From Eledone cirrhosa (taxonomy: Eukaryota), in NCBI GenBank assembly GCA_964016885.1, contig OZ024752.1:10354001-10418000 (forward strand): a stretch of 64,000 bases of DNA, read 5' to 3'. A program made the translations under genes and the position numbers. Each line of letters starts with the position of its first letter. Positions within the stretch are counted from its first letter, which is position 1. Below are positions 25,211-38,304 of this stretch, in pieces. The notes below the pieces were generated by a model. That model was not told where the DNA came from. It made no database searches and was given only the letters and a program-made list of their open reading frames with translations.

Positions 25211-25221
25211 CCTTTGTTAAG

Positions 25222-25260
<39 letters not shown>
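25009..25260. repeat. tandem array of GAC[C/A]TTTGTTAAGCC units each followed by variable (TA)n
   Basis: About 7-8 units visible with TA tracts of different lengths. Confidence 0.85.
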
Positions 25261-25268
<8 letters not shown>

Positions 25269-26312
25269 TGTGTGTGTAAACATACTTGTGTTTGCATGTC
25301 GGTATGTATGTTGTACTTTATGTCAAATTGAATATTTAAAATCACGTCATAGATCACACCATGTCTCTCAAGGTTTTACAAATTTGAGTATGACAGATGA
25401 ATATAATTAAACGAATGTGTGTGCATGCCTGCTCTAGTCTGCACACCCCCACTGAAAATGCATACAGAACCCTTGTCCGTAGATTCAGTTTTATGACGCG
25501 ATTGGAAATGTGTCATGAATTATTGCATGGAAGTCTGAAAGCCTTTTATTGAAGAATAGATAATAAAGATTTGAGATAGTGTCGACTATTGATCTTCACA
25601 TGAAAACATACATTTCTATTGTAGTCTAGGAATCAATAAAGAGTTTTCCTTATCAAAAGTAAGACCCAATGAAAATTCATCGCTGCTTTATCAAGATGAT
25701 TTAGATGAAAGGAAAACATGAAGCGAGAGAGCAAGGTTTGTACTTGTGTAAGAGGTATGATCTATCATACTAATAAAGATTCTTGTTAAAGGAGACCGTT
25801 TGATATAAATAAAGGCAATCCATTTCAAACATTAATCTGGCTGAATTTCATTGAATAATTTTCTTCTTTGAATATTTGTGACGGTAATAACATCAGGTGT
25901 TAGAAATCTTAATCGAAGTGAGTTCAAATCTGGTGCCGTTGAATTGATTTAATTTGTCGTAAGAATTTTATAACAGGATTCGCTGTAATAGTATATTTAT
26001 TAGGAACATCACTATTTTGTATTCAGTGAAACCCTTAAGTTCAGAGTTGATCTTATTTAATACGCTCTCTTTACTTGTGTTTGGCTGATGAATATAGTTT
26101 AACAAATTTACTGTTTATGATATAATTATCTGCCCAAATATAGGTTATCAGTATGGTATTATAAATTGCTAACCTAACATGGTTTAACATTAATTAAGAT
26201 ATTAGAAGAACATACTTTTCTATCGGTTACTGCTAGAATAAACGAATGGTGATGGTTACCTAGAAAACAGTGCAACGTGGTTTGCTTGCAAACGAATCGA
26301 ATATTAGCATTA

Positions 26313-27208
26313 TCTATATATATATAAAACAGAGGATGTCTGCCTGTGTGAGTTTGAATCCCTAAAATTCGAGAACCACCCAATCGACTGTTTTCAAACT
26401 TTACACATATAATACTTATGTGTCAGGGAGTGTTCTGAGCAAAAGATATTTCAAATTGTCAATGCCCTAGGGACCGCATTAGGCGATTTAGCGATCTCTC
26501 TATAATTCTTAGTCTTTCTCTTTTTAGATAGATACAAACATATAACGTCGCGCCCTTATATCTGTCTGTATGCCTGGCTGTCTTCATTACGTCACTTCCG
26601 CGCGCGCGCGCGCGTGCAAATCTCTAAAACTCGAGAAGTACCCAACCGAATTTTTTCAAACTTTACATGTGTATTACTTATGATACAGGGAGTGTTATGC
26701 CTATAAACAATTCAACTTTTTGATCTCTTAGGGGCCCGCATTAGGTGAAAAACTACGTTTTTTAAGCTTTTTAGGGTTTTTTGAGGCGTTACGTCAGACC
26801 GATTTCCTTGAAATTGTAACTGTGTATTAGTTAGTCTCTACTTCATACTGTGAGGAAAGAAAATCAAACTGTTTTATGGCCTAGGGCCCGCATTAGGTGA
26901 AAAACTTCATTTTTTCCAGCTTTTTATGGCTTTTTGGAGGCGTTACGTCTAGCCGATTTTCCTGAAATTTCAAGGCATATTATGCACATCAAAAAATTAT
27001 TTTCTTTATCCCCTAACGCCCGCATTAGGTGATAACCTACATTTTTCCTGCTTCATCGAGAAAAATCTTAAAGATTATCCAGCCATCAGAGTATTCGGTT
27101 TATTTTCTTTACATATTGTTCAGGCATGCAGATTTTCCACGATTAGGTCTGTTGGCGGCTCGCGTTTCAAAATACCTTATCCCGTGCAACGCCGGGTACC
27201 ATTGCTAG
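26313..27208 (+). mobile_element. non-autonomous Helitron
   Basis: 5' TCTATATATATATAAAA; 3' hairpin CCCGTGCAACGCCGGG followed by CTAG; inserted between A and T with no TSD; internal repeats (GCCCGCATTAGGTGA x3); empty-site paralog at ~23320-23350. Confidence 0.9.
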
Positions 27209-28032
27209 TTCGATATAAAACTCATTTTTCTATCCATGCTTGAATATAACATTTCATATGTTGGCATATTGAGCTGTTAATGTGAATAAAGCCCAAGATA
27301 AAACTGTTCGAATATATTATTACAAACGGGAAAGTCCATATGGTGATACTTCTTATTCACTGGAAAATTATATTTTCTAAATTTTTATTTCTAAATGCTT
27401 TTTACAAGAAAACTGTGATCAGAGTAAAAAAAATGAAGACAGGAATAAACGCCCTGCAGAAGCCACGTCTGTTATATTTAACAATTCATTAGTAAATACA
27501 TCAAGGACGCAGCATACGGCTTGAGTTAATGGACGCTCTTCTAAGTGTTCTACCCCGTATATTTACCCCTCCCAGCTTATCAGAATTTAAGCAATAGTTT
27601 ACCAACCCCCTCCCACACATTTATCCCCCTCCCCTATTATTTGGGGGCCGAGGGTAGATCCAACAAAACAAAGAAATTAAAAACATCCACGGAATACATT
27701 GAAATAGAAGGCATAAGCTTACTCAAATTAAAACGATACAAAAATGAAATTGATTTATTTGAGGTTTTCATATATACACCCCCATCAAGATCAAATAACA
27801 TTGTAATAAAAACAGACAGACAATGGTTTAATCTGCGCCTTATTTCAGACGAATTTCTCAAAAAATATGAAAATGATGTTATTGTCAGGAATAAATCTAT
27901 CGACATCGAACGCAAATGGAGGAATGTAACCCCGTTGTGATAACCAGGTTCATAGATTTTCTGGATTCCCCGTTAGAGAGAGAGAGAGAGAGAGAGTGTG
28001 AGTGAGTGAGTGAGTGAGCGTGTGCGTGTGTG

Positions 28033-28224
28033 ACAGCTCACACCTATGCCGGTTTAGCTGACCTCCTCCAAGCTATATCTCGTTGGAGGTGTCTTGGGTG
28101 ATTTAATGATAAGCACCCCAGTCCTATCATCTCATTTCTACAGTTGAGTAAACTGGAACAACGTGAAATAAAATGTTTTGCGCAAGGAAACAACACATTA
28201 CCCGGTCCGATAATTGAACTCACA
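28033..28224 (-). mobile_element. CORE-type SINE (tail type A), 5'-truncated
   Basis: ACAGCTCACACCTATGC...GAAATAAAATGTTTTGCGCAAGG; microsatellite tail. Confidence 0.8.
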
Positions 28225-28499
28225 AAAGGTAGCCTTACAGATACTTAAAAGAAAAGTCAATAAAATTATTTCTAAAGGAGTTGGTAAAGACGAAGATTTC
28301 ATTAAGAATAACGATTTGTTCAAAGATAAGACACAAGAACAACTAACAGATGATAAATAAATCTATTAATCTCACACCTTGTGAGGAGATTGGCAATTGC
28401 TTTGTGTCATTCATTGAATTACCTTAGTCAATCGGCCTCAGAAATACGTAATAAACAATAAAACTAGCTTTGTGAATTCGGTTTGCATATGTTGTTGTT

Positions 28500-28740
28500 A
28501 CAGCTCACACCTATGCAGGTTTAGCTGGCCTCCTCCAAGGTATATCTCGTTGGATGTGTCTTGGGTGATTTAATGATAGGGACCCCAGTCCTATCATCTC
28601 ATTTCTACATATCAGTAAACTTGAACACCGTGAAATAAAGTGTTTTTCTCAAGGAAACAACAGATCACCCGATCCGAGAATTGAACTCACAACCTTTCGA
28701 TTACAAGCCCGATGCTCTAAACACTAAGCAATGCGCCTTC
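28500..28740 (-). mobile_element. CORE-type SINE (tail type A), full-length
   Basis: Minus head GAAGGCGCATTGCTTAGTG...GTGAGTTCAATTCTCGG. Confidence 0.85.
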
Positions 28741-28956
28741 CGTATATTTTTAAGTAAAGTATACAACTCCATTCCTATACACCCTACGAGATATGAAAGC
28801 TATGATGAAAGATACACATTTAGTCGAGTGCTTTTTGCTCTTAAATTATGGTCTGCTGATTAGAATCACTGGATCATAAACCCAGCTACCGATTAGTTAA
28901 ACCATACAACGTAAAGAGTATGCGTGTGTGAGTGTGCATGCTTGTATATATAAAAT

Positions 28957-28996
<40 letters not shown>

Positions 28997-29017
28997 CACC
29001 ATATTATATATACAAGC

Positions 29018-29053
<36 letters not shown>

Positions 29054-29684
29054 CTATGTTAAGTATATGTATTAGTCCCGTGTGTATATATCAGTTCATT
29101 TTACATCAGCATATGAAGAATATAGAATTCGATACACATTTACATGTAGAGCTCAATATCTCAAATTCTCAAAGCTGATGATGATTGTGATTATGATGAC
29201 GATTACCATGATTGTTCTGTTGCGTTTATCACTCTAATGCTCGAACATGGCCTTATAACCTTTAGTAAAAGCTTCCTTCCTAGTCATTTCATTTTACATT
29301 TTATAATAACCACTCAAAATACATTGACGTTCAGATTGCTATTTTACCTAGGAAGAACGTTTTTCTTTTTTTGACATAAAATCAAAGCATAGTGTGATTC
29401 AATTTAATACAAGTGGAATATTAGCCACTATGCTGTTATCAGTTCGACAGATTTGACAAAATGCATCGTATGAAGAAATATTAATGAAATGAAATAGGAA
29501 AGACTAATCTTGGAGGTTTTGTAGCATTGTATGTTTTTTCTTATATATTTATTCCTTCAGGTATTTATTCATATGCGAACACCCACGTGTGTGTGCGTGT
29601 GTGTAAATATGTATACTTATATATATACCCACATATGTATATGGGTGTGTGTAAGTATATATACCAACATGTATGTTGTGTGTG

Positions 29685-29722
<38 letters not shown>

Positions 29723-30821
29723 TTATATATATATATATATATATATATAGTAATAATAATAAATTTGAAGACTAAAATCAAAAGCGGGCTCGATAAGGAT
29801 AAATATATATCAAATATACATGAACCGTAGAGCAAATATTTTTTAAAATAACAAAGTTTAAACAAAGAATCGCTGCTTTCACCCTTATCGGGAGTTTCAG
29901 AAGATCCCGTTAAGGGTGAAAGCAGCGATTCTTTGCTTAAACTTTAATCTGTTATTTGAATAAATATATATATATATATATCCAAATTATATATATATGC
30001 CTAAATTCAAGAAATGAAATCGTATCACGTTGTCCACATGTCTGGAAACATCTCTTGCATAACTACAAAGCACTCTTTTTTCCTGGACCTTTCCGACGGA
30101 ATTACTTCATATTTATATATATATACACACATATATATATATATATATATAGTACTCACATTTGTAGGTTAATACTGATTAAGGTAGGTTTAGCCTTCAG
30201 GTCTGTGAATATAGTGAGGTTATATTCTATTGAATAATTGTCATTAGTGAAATTCAATATAATCCCTTTACAATCATTTAGAAAACCTCCATCCACATAC
30301 TCATTGATTATGCTTTAAAAGCGATATTATAATATTAAGGTTCTGTACCATGTTACACCCCAGGACACAATTAGATTAGTTGACTGCTACAATAATATGT
30401 AACCAGATATTCAATAACCGGAGAATGATAAGTCAATAAAGACAACACAGCGTAGAAGATAATGATGAGTACAGTGTTATTATCAATTAACCTGTGAGTC
30501 TACAAAATACTTCAGCAATGCTAGTAGTGTCATTGCTTCTATCTCTCTCACTCGTTATCTCAATTTCTCCCTATTATAAGCAAATGGAGGCCACCTGCTG
30601 GCTGCCATGTTGCTCCGGCGGACAGAAGGACGATTTACATGTTATAAACTCGATGTTGAATATTTATACATGTTAGTCATACTTATTTCCAAAGAATATC
30701 TAGAGTGAGTGAGTGAGTGAGTGAGTGAGTGAGTGAGTGAGTGAGTGAGTGAGTGAGTGAGTGAGTGAGTGTGCGTGTGCGTGTGTGCGTGTTATGAAAT
30801 ATAAGGCGGCGAACTGGCAGT

Positions 30822-30950
30822 CGTTAAGACGTCGGGTATAATACTTTACCGTCCCACCGCATTGCGCTTTCTGAATTCAAATCCCGCCGTGGCCAAATTT
30901 GCCTTTCATCCTATCGAGATAAAAAGAAAGTACCAGTCCAGTACTGGTAC
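30822..30950 (+). mobile_element. SINE family 1, diverged
   Basis: AAGGCGGCGAACTGGCAG...TTCAAATCCCGCC...GCCTTTCATCC. Confidence 0.7.
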
Positions 30951-31232
30951 CGGTTATTCCTTGATAAAAAAAAATCGGCTACGTTCAGGCCTGGAGAGGG
31001 TTGGCTTCAGCCAGTTTTAAAAGTCCCCTCGATACGCCGTCTGACATTGCCTCGATGACTCCACAAGGAGTTATGTGATCTTTAGGACAGAAAAGGTCAC
31101 CGAATGTGTGACGAAAGAGACTTGATAATCAACAACTACACAACCTAACCGATTGGGAGTTTATAATAAATTGAAGAAAGATCCGACAGTTGTCTGTGTT
31201 TTTTATTGGACGCATGATTCTCCCAAAATATA

Positions 31233-31270
<38 letters not shown>

Positions 31271-31708
31271 AATGTAATCTGAGTTTTTCAAATATTAATA
31301 ATAATATTCGATTAATTTGCAATTATGCAAAGAAGCCTCATTTTTAAAGCCATGTCAGTAGAATGGCCCCCTTATTCTTGCTCTTGTGCTGGCATGTAAA
31401 CAGAGCAGCAGACACTGCTTCTGGGTATCACGCTTCATTAGTACAGCTCACTGTACACTTGCCAACTGTCAGAGCTAGTGAACAAATATGCTATTTACTA
31501 AAATATTCAGTGACTGATCGGCCTGATTTGCAGATCGACTGATCAACCAGATTTGCATATATATATATATATATATATATATAACATAGTCACTACTTTA
31601 AAAATGATAGCGTATGGTCTTCAAAATGATTTTAATTAAACATACGGTATATTGCCAAATATACTATGCATACATTCATATATACATCGCTATTTCAGAG
31701 CACCAATC

Positions 31709-31742
<34 letters not shown>

Positions 31743-31825
31743 AAGGTTAAACAAGGTTCAATGAATAAATCAAAGCATAAAGTTTTACAATAGATTAGAC
31801 GCACTCCAGTTTTGGTTTTCCAGAG

Positions 31826-32081
31826 TAATTAATATTAATTCAAAATATCAACATAAATAGACATTCGTGTGATCAAGTATATTTTATTATACATATTTCA
31901 GAGGTACTGAGCTATATTCAACAGTACATCCTCATCAGATAAAATAAGATGATGCATGACATACCCTGACTAAGTAGATGATTAAAATGCAGTAGTTGGT
32001 TAAAATTCAGTCATGACTGCCATGACTGAATTTTAACCATCTACTTAGTCAAGGTATGTCTATTTTTGTTAATATTTTGAA

Positions 32082-32090
<9 letters not shown>
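31826..32090. mobile_element. (TA)n-flanked fold-back insert containing a hammerhead
   Basis: Outer arms ~31832-31862 / 32057-32088; inner palindrome ~31958-32060. Confidence 0.7.
31880..31946 (-). ncRNA. type I hammerhead ribozyme
   Basis: Minus strand: UAUUUUAU-CUGAUGA-gga.u.guacug(...)caguac.c.ucu-GAAA-U(augu)A-U-A-AUAAAAUA; 8-bp stem I, AUA triplet. Confidence 0.75.
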
Positions 32091-32124
<34 letters not shown>

Positions 32125-32210
32125 GTACAAATTAACAAGTATTCTAAAACAATTTGTTTCTCAAAACGGCCTATATGTATTTCATTAGAAAACATGACAG
32201 ATATATACCC

Positions 32211-32428
32211 CAATCGGCGTCGTTGGTCACAGCACGTCGTGCTGTTTTAGCCATAAGATAACGCCATCCCACTGGCTGGGCGGGCAAGCCGGTACCCATT
32301 TCTAAAGCTGAGTAAACTGGAGCATCGTGAAATAAAGTGTCTTACTCAAGCAAACAACACATCACCCGGGCCGAAAATTGAACTCACAACCTTACGATTG
32401 CAAGCCCAATGCTTTAACCACTAACCAT
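32211..32428 (-). mobile_element. CORE-type SINE (tail type B)
   Basis: Reverse complement of 44985-45210. Confidence 0.8.
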
Positions 32429-32446
32429 ACATACATACATACATAC

Positions 32447-33759
32447 ACCGGAAACTTCCACATCAACAGTGACATAAACCGCCTTTACTTGAAATGTAAG
32501 CAGGGAGGCAGAGGCCTAACATCAGTCCAGACAACATTTGAATGTCGCATCATATCTCTCCGACATCATCTACGAACCTCGAAGCGTAGGAGCCCGCTTC
32601 TCGAGCAAGTCTATATGCATGAAACATAAGATCATGAGAGTTGGGAAGGAACTCCTTGAGAGATATTCCCTGTGTGATAATCAAAAAACTCATACCCAGG
32701 GATGTCGCTCAGCAGTATCGCAGTGAATCCATGGAGGAAACACTGCATACCTATCAGCAAAAAATCATGCATGGATATGTTGCCAGGAAGTTCCAGAGTG
32801 AGAGTAATACAGATAAGGAAAGTAGTCTATCTTGGACCAACAATCGCTATATTGGGGCCCACTCTTTTGCAATGCAAGAACAGGAGATTAGCACGAAATA
32901 CCTAATTCACAAAAGAGATAGGGATGCAGGCAAAACACCTAGATGTGATAGCAAGTGCAGCCTCTGCAGAAGTAACATCGAGGATATCACCCATGTCATC
33001 ATCAGCTGTCCAAAGATGTCATCGCGGTACTATCTACCTATGAGGCATGATGTAGTGGCCAAACCACTGTACGATGCAGTTCGTAAAAAAGATAGCCCGA
33101 TAATAAACACATTAAAAGCTACAACAATGTGCAAAACATCAATGTACATAATATGAAAGAGTACTGGTGGAATGTTCCAGTAAAAACCCCAATAAAATGC
33201 AGGCATAACACACCAGATATTATGATATGGGACAGGGAGAAGAAAACATGCAAAGTAGTGGAAATTAGCTGCCCAGCAGATGCCAATATAAGATTAGAGA
33301 AAAGGAGAATATTTATGCAGAACTGATGGGAAATATGCAAATACTCCACTCTGATTACACTTTCAGATGTATGCCTGTGGTTATTGGGGCACTGGGATAT
33401 GTTAGTAACTGCCTCAATACAATTCTTGAGAAGCTGGGCTTCACAGGAACAGAAAGAATACAACTAGTTAGGAAACTACAAGTACAATCCATTAATGGAA
33501 CAGTAAAAATATGTAAAACATTCCAAAAATGTTGCATCTAATAACTGCATATACACATGTACAGATACAAAGCATATACACATGCACACATACAACTCAA
33601 AACATACACACCCATACATACAATAACATCCATATCTACACATGCATGCATACATACATATCTACCTAGTTGATGTGTAAATTCCAATGAGAGAGTCTTG
33701 TGTCTGTTAGAAACCGACTCTCTCTCTATTGGGAAAACTTTGTTAAATTATAAAACCAG

Positions 33760-33762
<3 letters not shown>
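32447..33762 (+). mobile_element. 5'-truncated R4/Dong-clade non-LTR retrotransposon (RT thumb, CCHC knuckle, RLE), frameshifted
   Basis: RLYLKCKQGGRGL; CSLC...HVIISC; RHDVVAK; PDIMIWD...VEISCP; PVVIGALG; stop at 33541, 3' UTR, (CATA)n upstream and (CA)n downstream. Confidence 0.9.
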
Positions 33763-33807
<45 letters not shown>

Positions 33808-34186
33808 TATATATATATAAGTCTTCTAGAAGGTTTTTGAAGCATCTATGCTCTAGTGAACCGTCAGATTGTGTATCAAATTAAAGAGATTATAAGACAC
33901 CACATTTGAAAGACGATTTGCACTGAATCACGTGCTGGTATTTCTGATACAGAACGCATCAACGGATATTATTGTCTAGATTACAACAAGAAAGGAAATA
34001 CAAACTTTAGACTTTTCATTTCCGTATTCATTTCTCACACAACTCTGATATACAGAGACATATACCAATGTTGCAATATCCATTTATGTTCTCTACAAAT
34101 CACAGAACGAGTCAACTCATCACAAGATCATTTTATTTTAATCATTAGATACACGAGGACGATATAGTTGCAGTATCGGTGGAGCG

Positions 34187-34381
34187 TCAATCAACGTAGT
34201 GTATGGCTTAGAGTGGCGGCTATTTATGATCCGATATCAAATCCTGCCGAGGTTAACTTTGCCTTTCATCCTTACGGGGTCGATAAAATAAAGAAAATAA
34301 CAGTAATGTACTGGGGTCGATTTAGTCATCTTTCATTCTCCCAAATGTGTTGACCTTGTGTCTAAATTAGAAACCAATTAA
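34187..34381 (+). mobile_element. SINE family 1 (long variant, diverged)
   Basis: GCCTTTCATCCTTACGGGGTCGATAAAAT and tail. Confidence 0.75.
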
Positions 34382-34733
34382 TGACTATATATATAGAGAG
34401 AGACACACACACCGTATTTCCCGGCGCCGAAGACTGCCCTCGTTGTGCAACGAAAGATTTATGTAAATTATGTAAACTATATATATATATATGTGTCTAT
34501 ATTGTATCTGTATTATTTTTGACCGCCGGTCAGTCAATGGCAACATTGAGGACCGAGTAAGTTAGATCACAGATATAATAAAAGACAGCGAGAAGCGAAA
34601 ACCAACCAAACAGTGAGTGTGTTCTGTTATTAATTCTGGCAATATTACGCAAATATGACCCTCCCCAAGTATAACAATATCTGTTTCGACACACGATTTC
34701 AGATAAAAAACCTCGCAAAACTATATATATATG

Positions 34734-34789
<56 letters not shown>

Positions 34790-34881
34790 AATATATATGT
34801 GTATGTATATATACATCTGTGTGTGCGTGTGTGCGTGTGCGTGTGTGCGTGTGCGTGTGCGCTAGCGTGCGTGCGTGCGTG

Positions 34882-34913
<32 letters not shown>

Positions 34914-35352
34914 CATACATCTTTTAAGGGGGAAATGAGAGGGGGGGAGACTATACGTGACTGGAATAAAAATATATAATTGCTATTGATGTACAACAAA
35001 TACTTTTATATGACATCTATAAATTCTTGAGTGGCGGTCTGATCGTTTATCTCAAGTTGTCATATTTAAAATTTAATGGAAGTTCTATCTCTTTGCTGAT
35101 AAAATAGACCTCATCTTTTCAATCATTTATCAGTCGCTCACGTGTATCGATGATAGATTCGTCCGACTAAGCACTTTGTTGCAAAATAGTTCATTCTTGA
35201 AAGCCCCAATTCTTACCGTTCGCTCAGCTATGACAAACCTTTGTATATACGTGTATTTCAATTCGACATTGAGAGAGAGACAGAGAGTGAGAGAGAGTGA
35301 GAGACAGAGAGTGAGAGAGAGACAGAGAGCAAGAGAGAGAGAGAATGTGTGT

Positions 35353-35392
<40 letters not shown>

Positions 35393-35476
35393 CAAACTGG
35401 AGTAACGGAGTCAGAAACTCGCGTCAGACCCTGTAATTCATGACCTCAAAGGAAAAGCAATCCTGGCCTCTTCAAT

Positions 35477-35636
35477 TATAATGTAGAGAAGAAAATACAC
35501 GAGGGAGAGTGTGTGTTTTTTCGATTACAGGGGATACCACTAACGTATGTATCTCCTTCATCTTCTTAGTTTATAGCGTAACCGAAAAAACACATACACA
35601 CACTCTCTCTCGTGTTTTTTCTTCTCTATATTATAT
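35477..35636. mobile_element. short (TA)n-adjacent fold-back insert
   Basis: Arms ~35477-35532 / 35577-35636. Confidence 0.6.
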
Positions 35637-36163
35637 ACATATATATATATATATAAACACATATGAGTTTCAGAAGATCCCGTTAAGGGTGAAAGCAGCG
35701 ATGCTTTGCTTAAACTTTAATCTGTTATTTTAATAAATATTTGCTCTACGGTTCTTATATATTTGATATATATTTCGAGCCCTCTTTGGATTTTAGTCTT
35801 CAAATTTATTATTATAACCTTTAACAGGTCTCAACCAGTATTGGCACATGCCATGTCTCACGTAATAGCACCATCTGGCTAAATGCTTCGTATGAGGATT
35901 GGGACACCATGGCCCACTCAAGTAGAGTTTACAGACATATCCGAGCGTAGGAAGTTCATCCGGGATTTATTGGCGAAATTTGTCCAAAGAGCTTTTGAAT
36001 GTTGTGTGGTCGCTTTCCGTTTTAATGTGTTTTGAGTAATGTTAAAGAGATCGGAGCCAATTGAGGTGAAATAATTGTGCCGTAATGTTATGATTATATA
36101 TATAATAGAAAAAGACGGGGAAGTGACGTTTACATTTGAAAAATATTTATTTTGTATCGACAT

Positions 36164-36247
36164 GTTACGCGCGTTTCGCAGACGATTGGCTCAATGTGAC
36201 CCATAGAAATTATGGATCCGACTCCAGTATCGATCTGCTCGTCTGAC
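36164..36247 (-). ncRNA. degenerate hammerhead motif (CGCGCG stem III, long stem II)
   Basis: Minus strand: gu-CAGACGA-gcaga...ucugc-GAAA-CGCGCG-U-A-ac; core U4 mutated to A. Confidence 0.45.
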
Positions 36248-36947
36248 TGGTGATGTGACAAAAGATATATTTGTATATACACACTGCCTGTGTATAGAGT
36301 TCTTGCTTTGGTACCAGGACCAGTATTTCACCACACGCACAACACACATTCATATACCGCGACATCAAGTCATGTTTGCAAACTGTTTCACAGCTGTTGT
36401 AGGGAGTGATCGGTGATGTATAGTGATATTACCGTCAATGGTTGACCGTTGGCCATGAACATGACCAAGCCAAAGCTTCTATTGATGTGATCAAAGGTTA
36501 ATGTAGGTCCTTGCTTTGGGTGATTCTCATACAGGTAATGCCCAGCATGCTTTAAAGTCATTAGATATGAAAACTGCTAATGCATTTCACTTAGTGCATA
36601 TATGGTGATAAGCCATCGCTTTTAAAATTTATAGATTTGTGCCTATCATTATTTTCTGTTTTAAATAATGGCATTTCATGTTTTCCTTCCAGCGATTTTC
36701 ATTTTTATAATCTTATGCTTTGATAGACATCCTTGTGGTTATTTTTCAGGACAAATATTGAGTATTACACCAACCTATTGGGAGCAGATATAGAAGCAAT
36801 AGCATTTCAGCTGCAGATTTTAGGGCAATTTAAGCATATATAAGTTTACATTTTCTAATGTCATCTGTCTATTTAAGACGGTCAGTTATATGAGGCAGAT
36901 GTAACTGAAATTTATATTCAGATAAGCAGCTTATGCGTATTATTGTT

Positions 36948-37695
36948 GTACATTCGTGCGCCAAAATTTGGTGAACCTCTCCATAACTTATTTGAAGGTG
37001 TATTTCAGCTGGAATTTGTTTTATGTACGTAGTATCTGGTACACAAGTTTAATGGTATTACAATTATAACTAATATTGTAAAAATAATTAAATTAGTGTG
37101 TACAATGCTCAGATGCACTACAACTCATCAAAGGTGCATATATAGTATACTGTACAAATGTCAGCAAAGTGAACAGTGTACGAGTCATAATATACACATA
37201 TACATACGTGCGTGTGTAGAGAGGCGGAATATCAGGTGTAGTGTTGGCAAAATATCTGCCGAAATTGTCAACAGGGTCACGTTACCAGTATGTTCCATTT
37301 TTCTATCAACTTCCGCAAGATGTCGACCCATTCCAAGTTAACTGAAGCCCCCTCACATAAAGTCGTTCAAATAAAGAGTGATAGACTCACTCTCTCGGCC
37401 ATTTCAAGAGAAGATATCCATTCTCAAAGTGTAATAGCCAAGATATTGAAATTGCATAATGAAACCAACCCATTAGCGTCTACAAAGAAGGCTGGCTGTC
37501 CATGTAAAACAAGTGAACCGGATGATCCACAGAATGACTATAGGAAACTCGACACTGCAGCTGGAATATCTCGATAAATCTGTACTAATTTGGGCAAGGA
37601 AGTGTCTCAGTGTACAGTCACATCATCTGGCAGAAGATGGATTGAAAGCCCACTCCCAACGATCAAACCTCTTAACAGCAATAAAAATAATATTA
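36948..37695 (+). mobile_element. Tc1-family transposon 5' remnant (paired-like HTH region)
   Basis: MSTHSKLTE...LSAISRE...SVIAKIL...KAGCPCKTSEPDD...EVSQCTV...EDGLKA...KPL matches the Tc1 N-terminal pattern; TIR-like TACATTCGTGCGCCAAAATTTGGTGAAC. Confidence 0.7.
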
Positions 37696-37977
37696 TAAAA
37701 CTAGAGAAAGACTCACACATACATAGTTTCTAAACATGCACACTCGAATGCGTCATATTATGGTGAATACTCTGCTGTAATTTATATAATATATTTCATG
37801 TTTATTAAAAGACTACTTTGATACTGGCACTTAGGTTTTCACTGATTATGTAACATAGGTATAACTGTAAAACCTGCGTTCCTAGGATGATTATGATTTG
37901 TTGTTATACATTCTATTATATCAATCTTTAATATTACTTTCACTGAATTCTCATTGGATCTTCTATAACTTTGTATG

Positions 37978-38304
37978 CAGTCCCGGATTTAATGGGTGGG
38001 GACCAAATGGGCAATTGCTCAGGGCCACCGGATGGGAGTTTCATCACCAGAGACGGCCATAGCAATTTATTTGGGCCCTCATCTGAGCTATTTTGTCTTA
38101 GGATGGTTAGAATTTTCTAATTTAATATCTGTATGTAACGCTTCAATTCCAATTACTTGCGCCAAGGTAACTTTGATATGTAAATTCTGAGTACGGTGGT
38201 GGGGTGGTGGGTGATGTGAGTGGTTGCTGCGTATTTTATTTTCTGTGTGAGGGTCCCCCAAACCTGAAGGGCCCGAGGCGACCCAAGGTCTAGATCCCAC
38301 CCTG
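37978..38304. mobile_element. hAT-type MITE
   Basis: TIRs CAGTCCCGGATTTA / TAGATCCCACCCTG; 8-bp TSD TTTGTATG / TTTCTATG. Confidence 0.8.

Noticed and set aside
27545-27940. 131-aa ORF with IYTPP, possibly an AP-endonuclease fragment
   Set aside because: Similarity too weak to call by eye; no other conserved motifs confirmed
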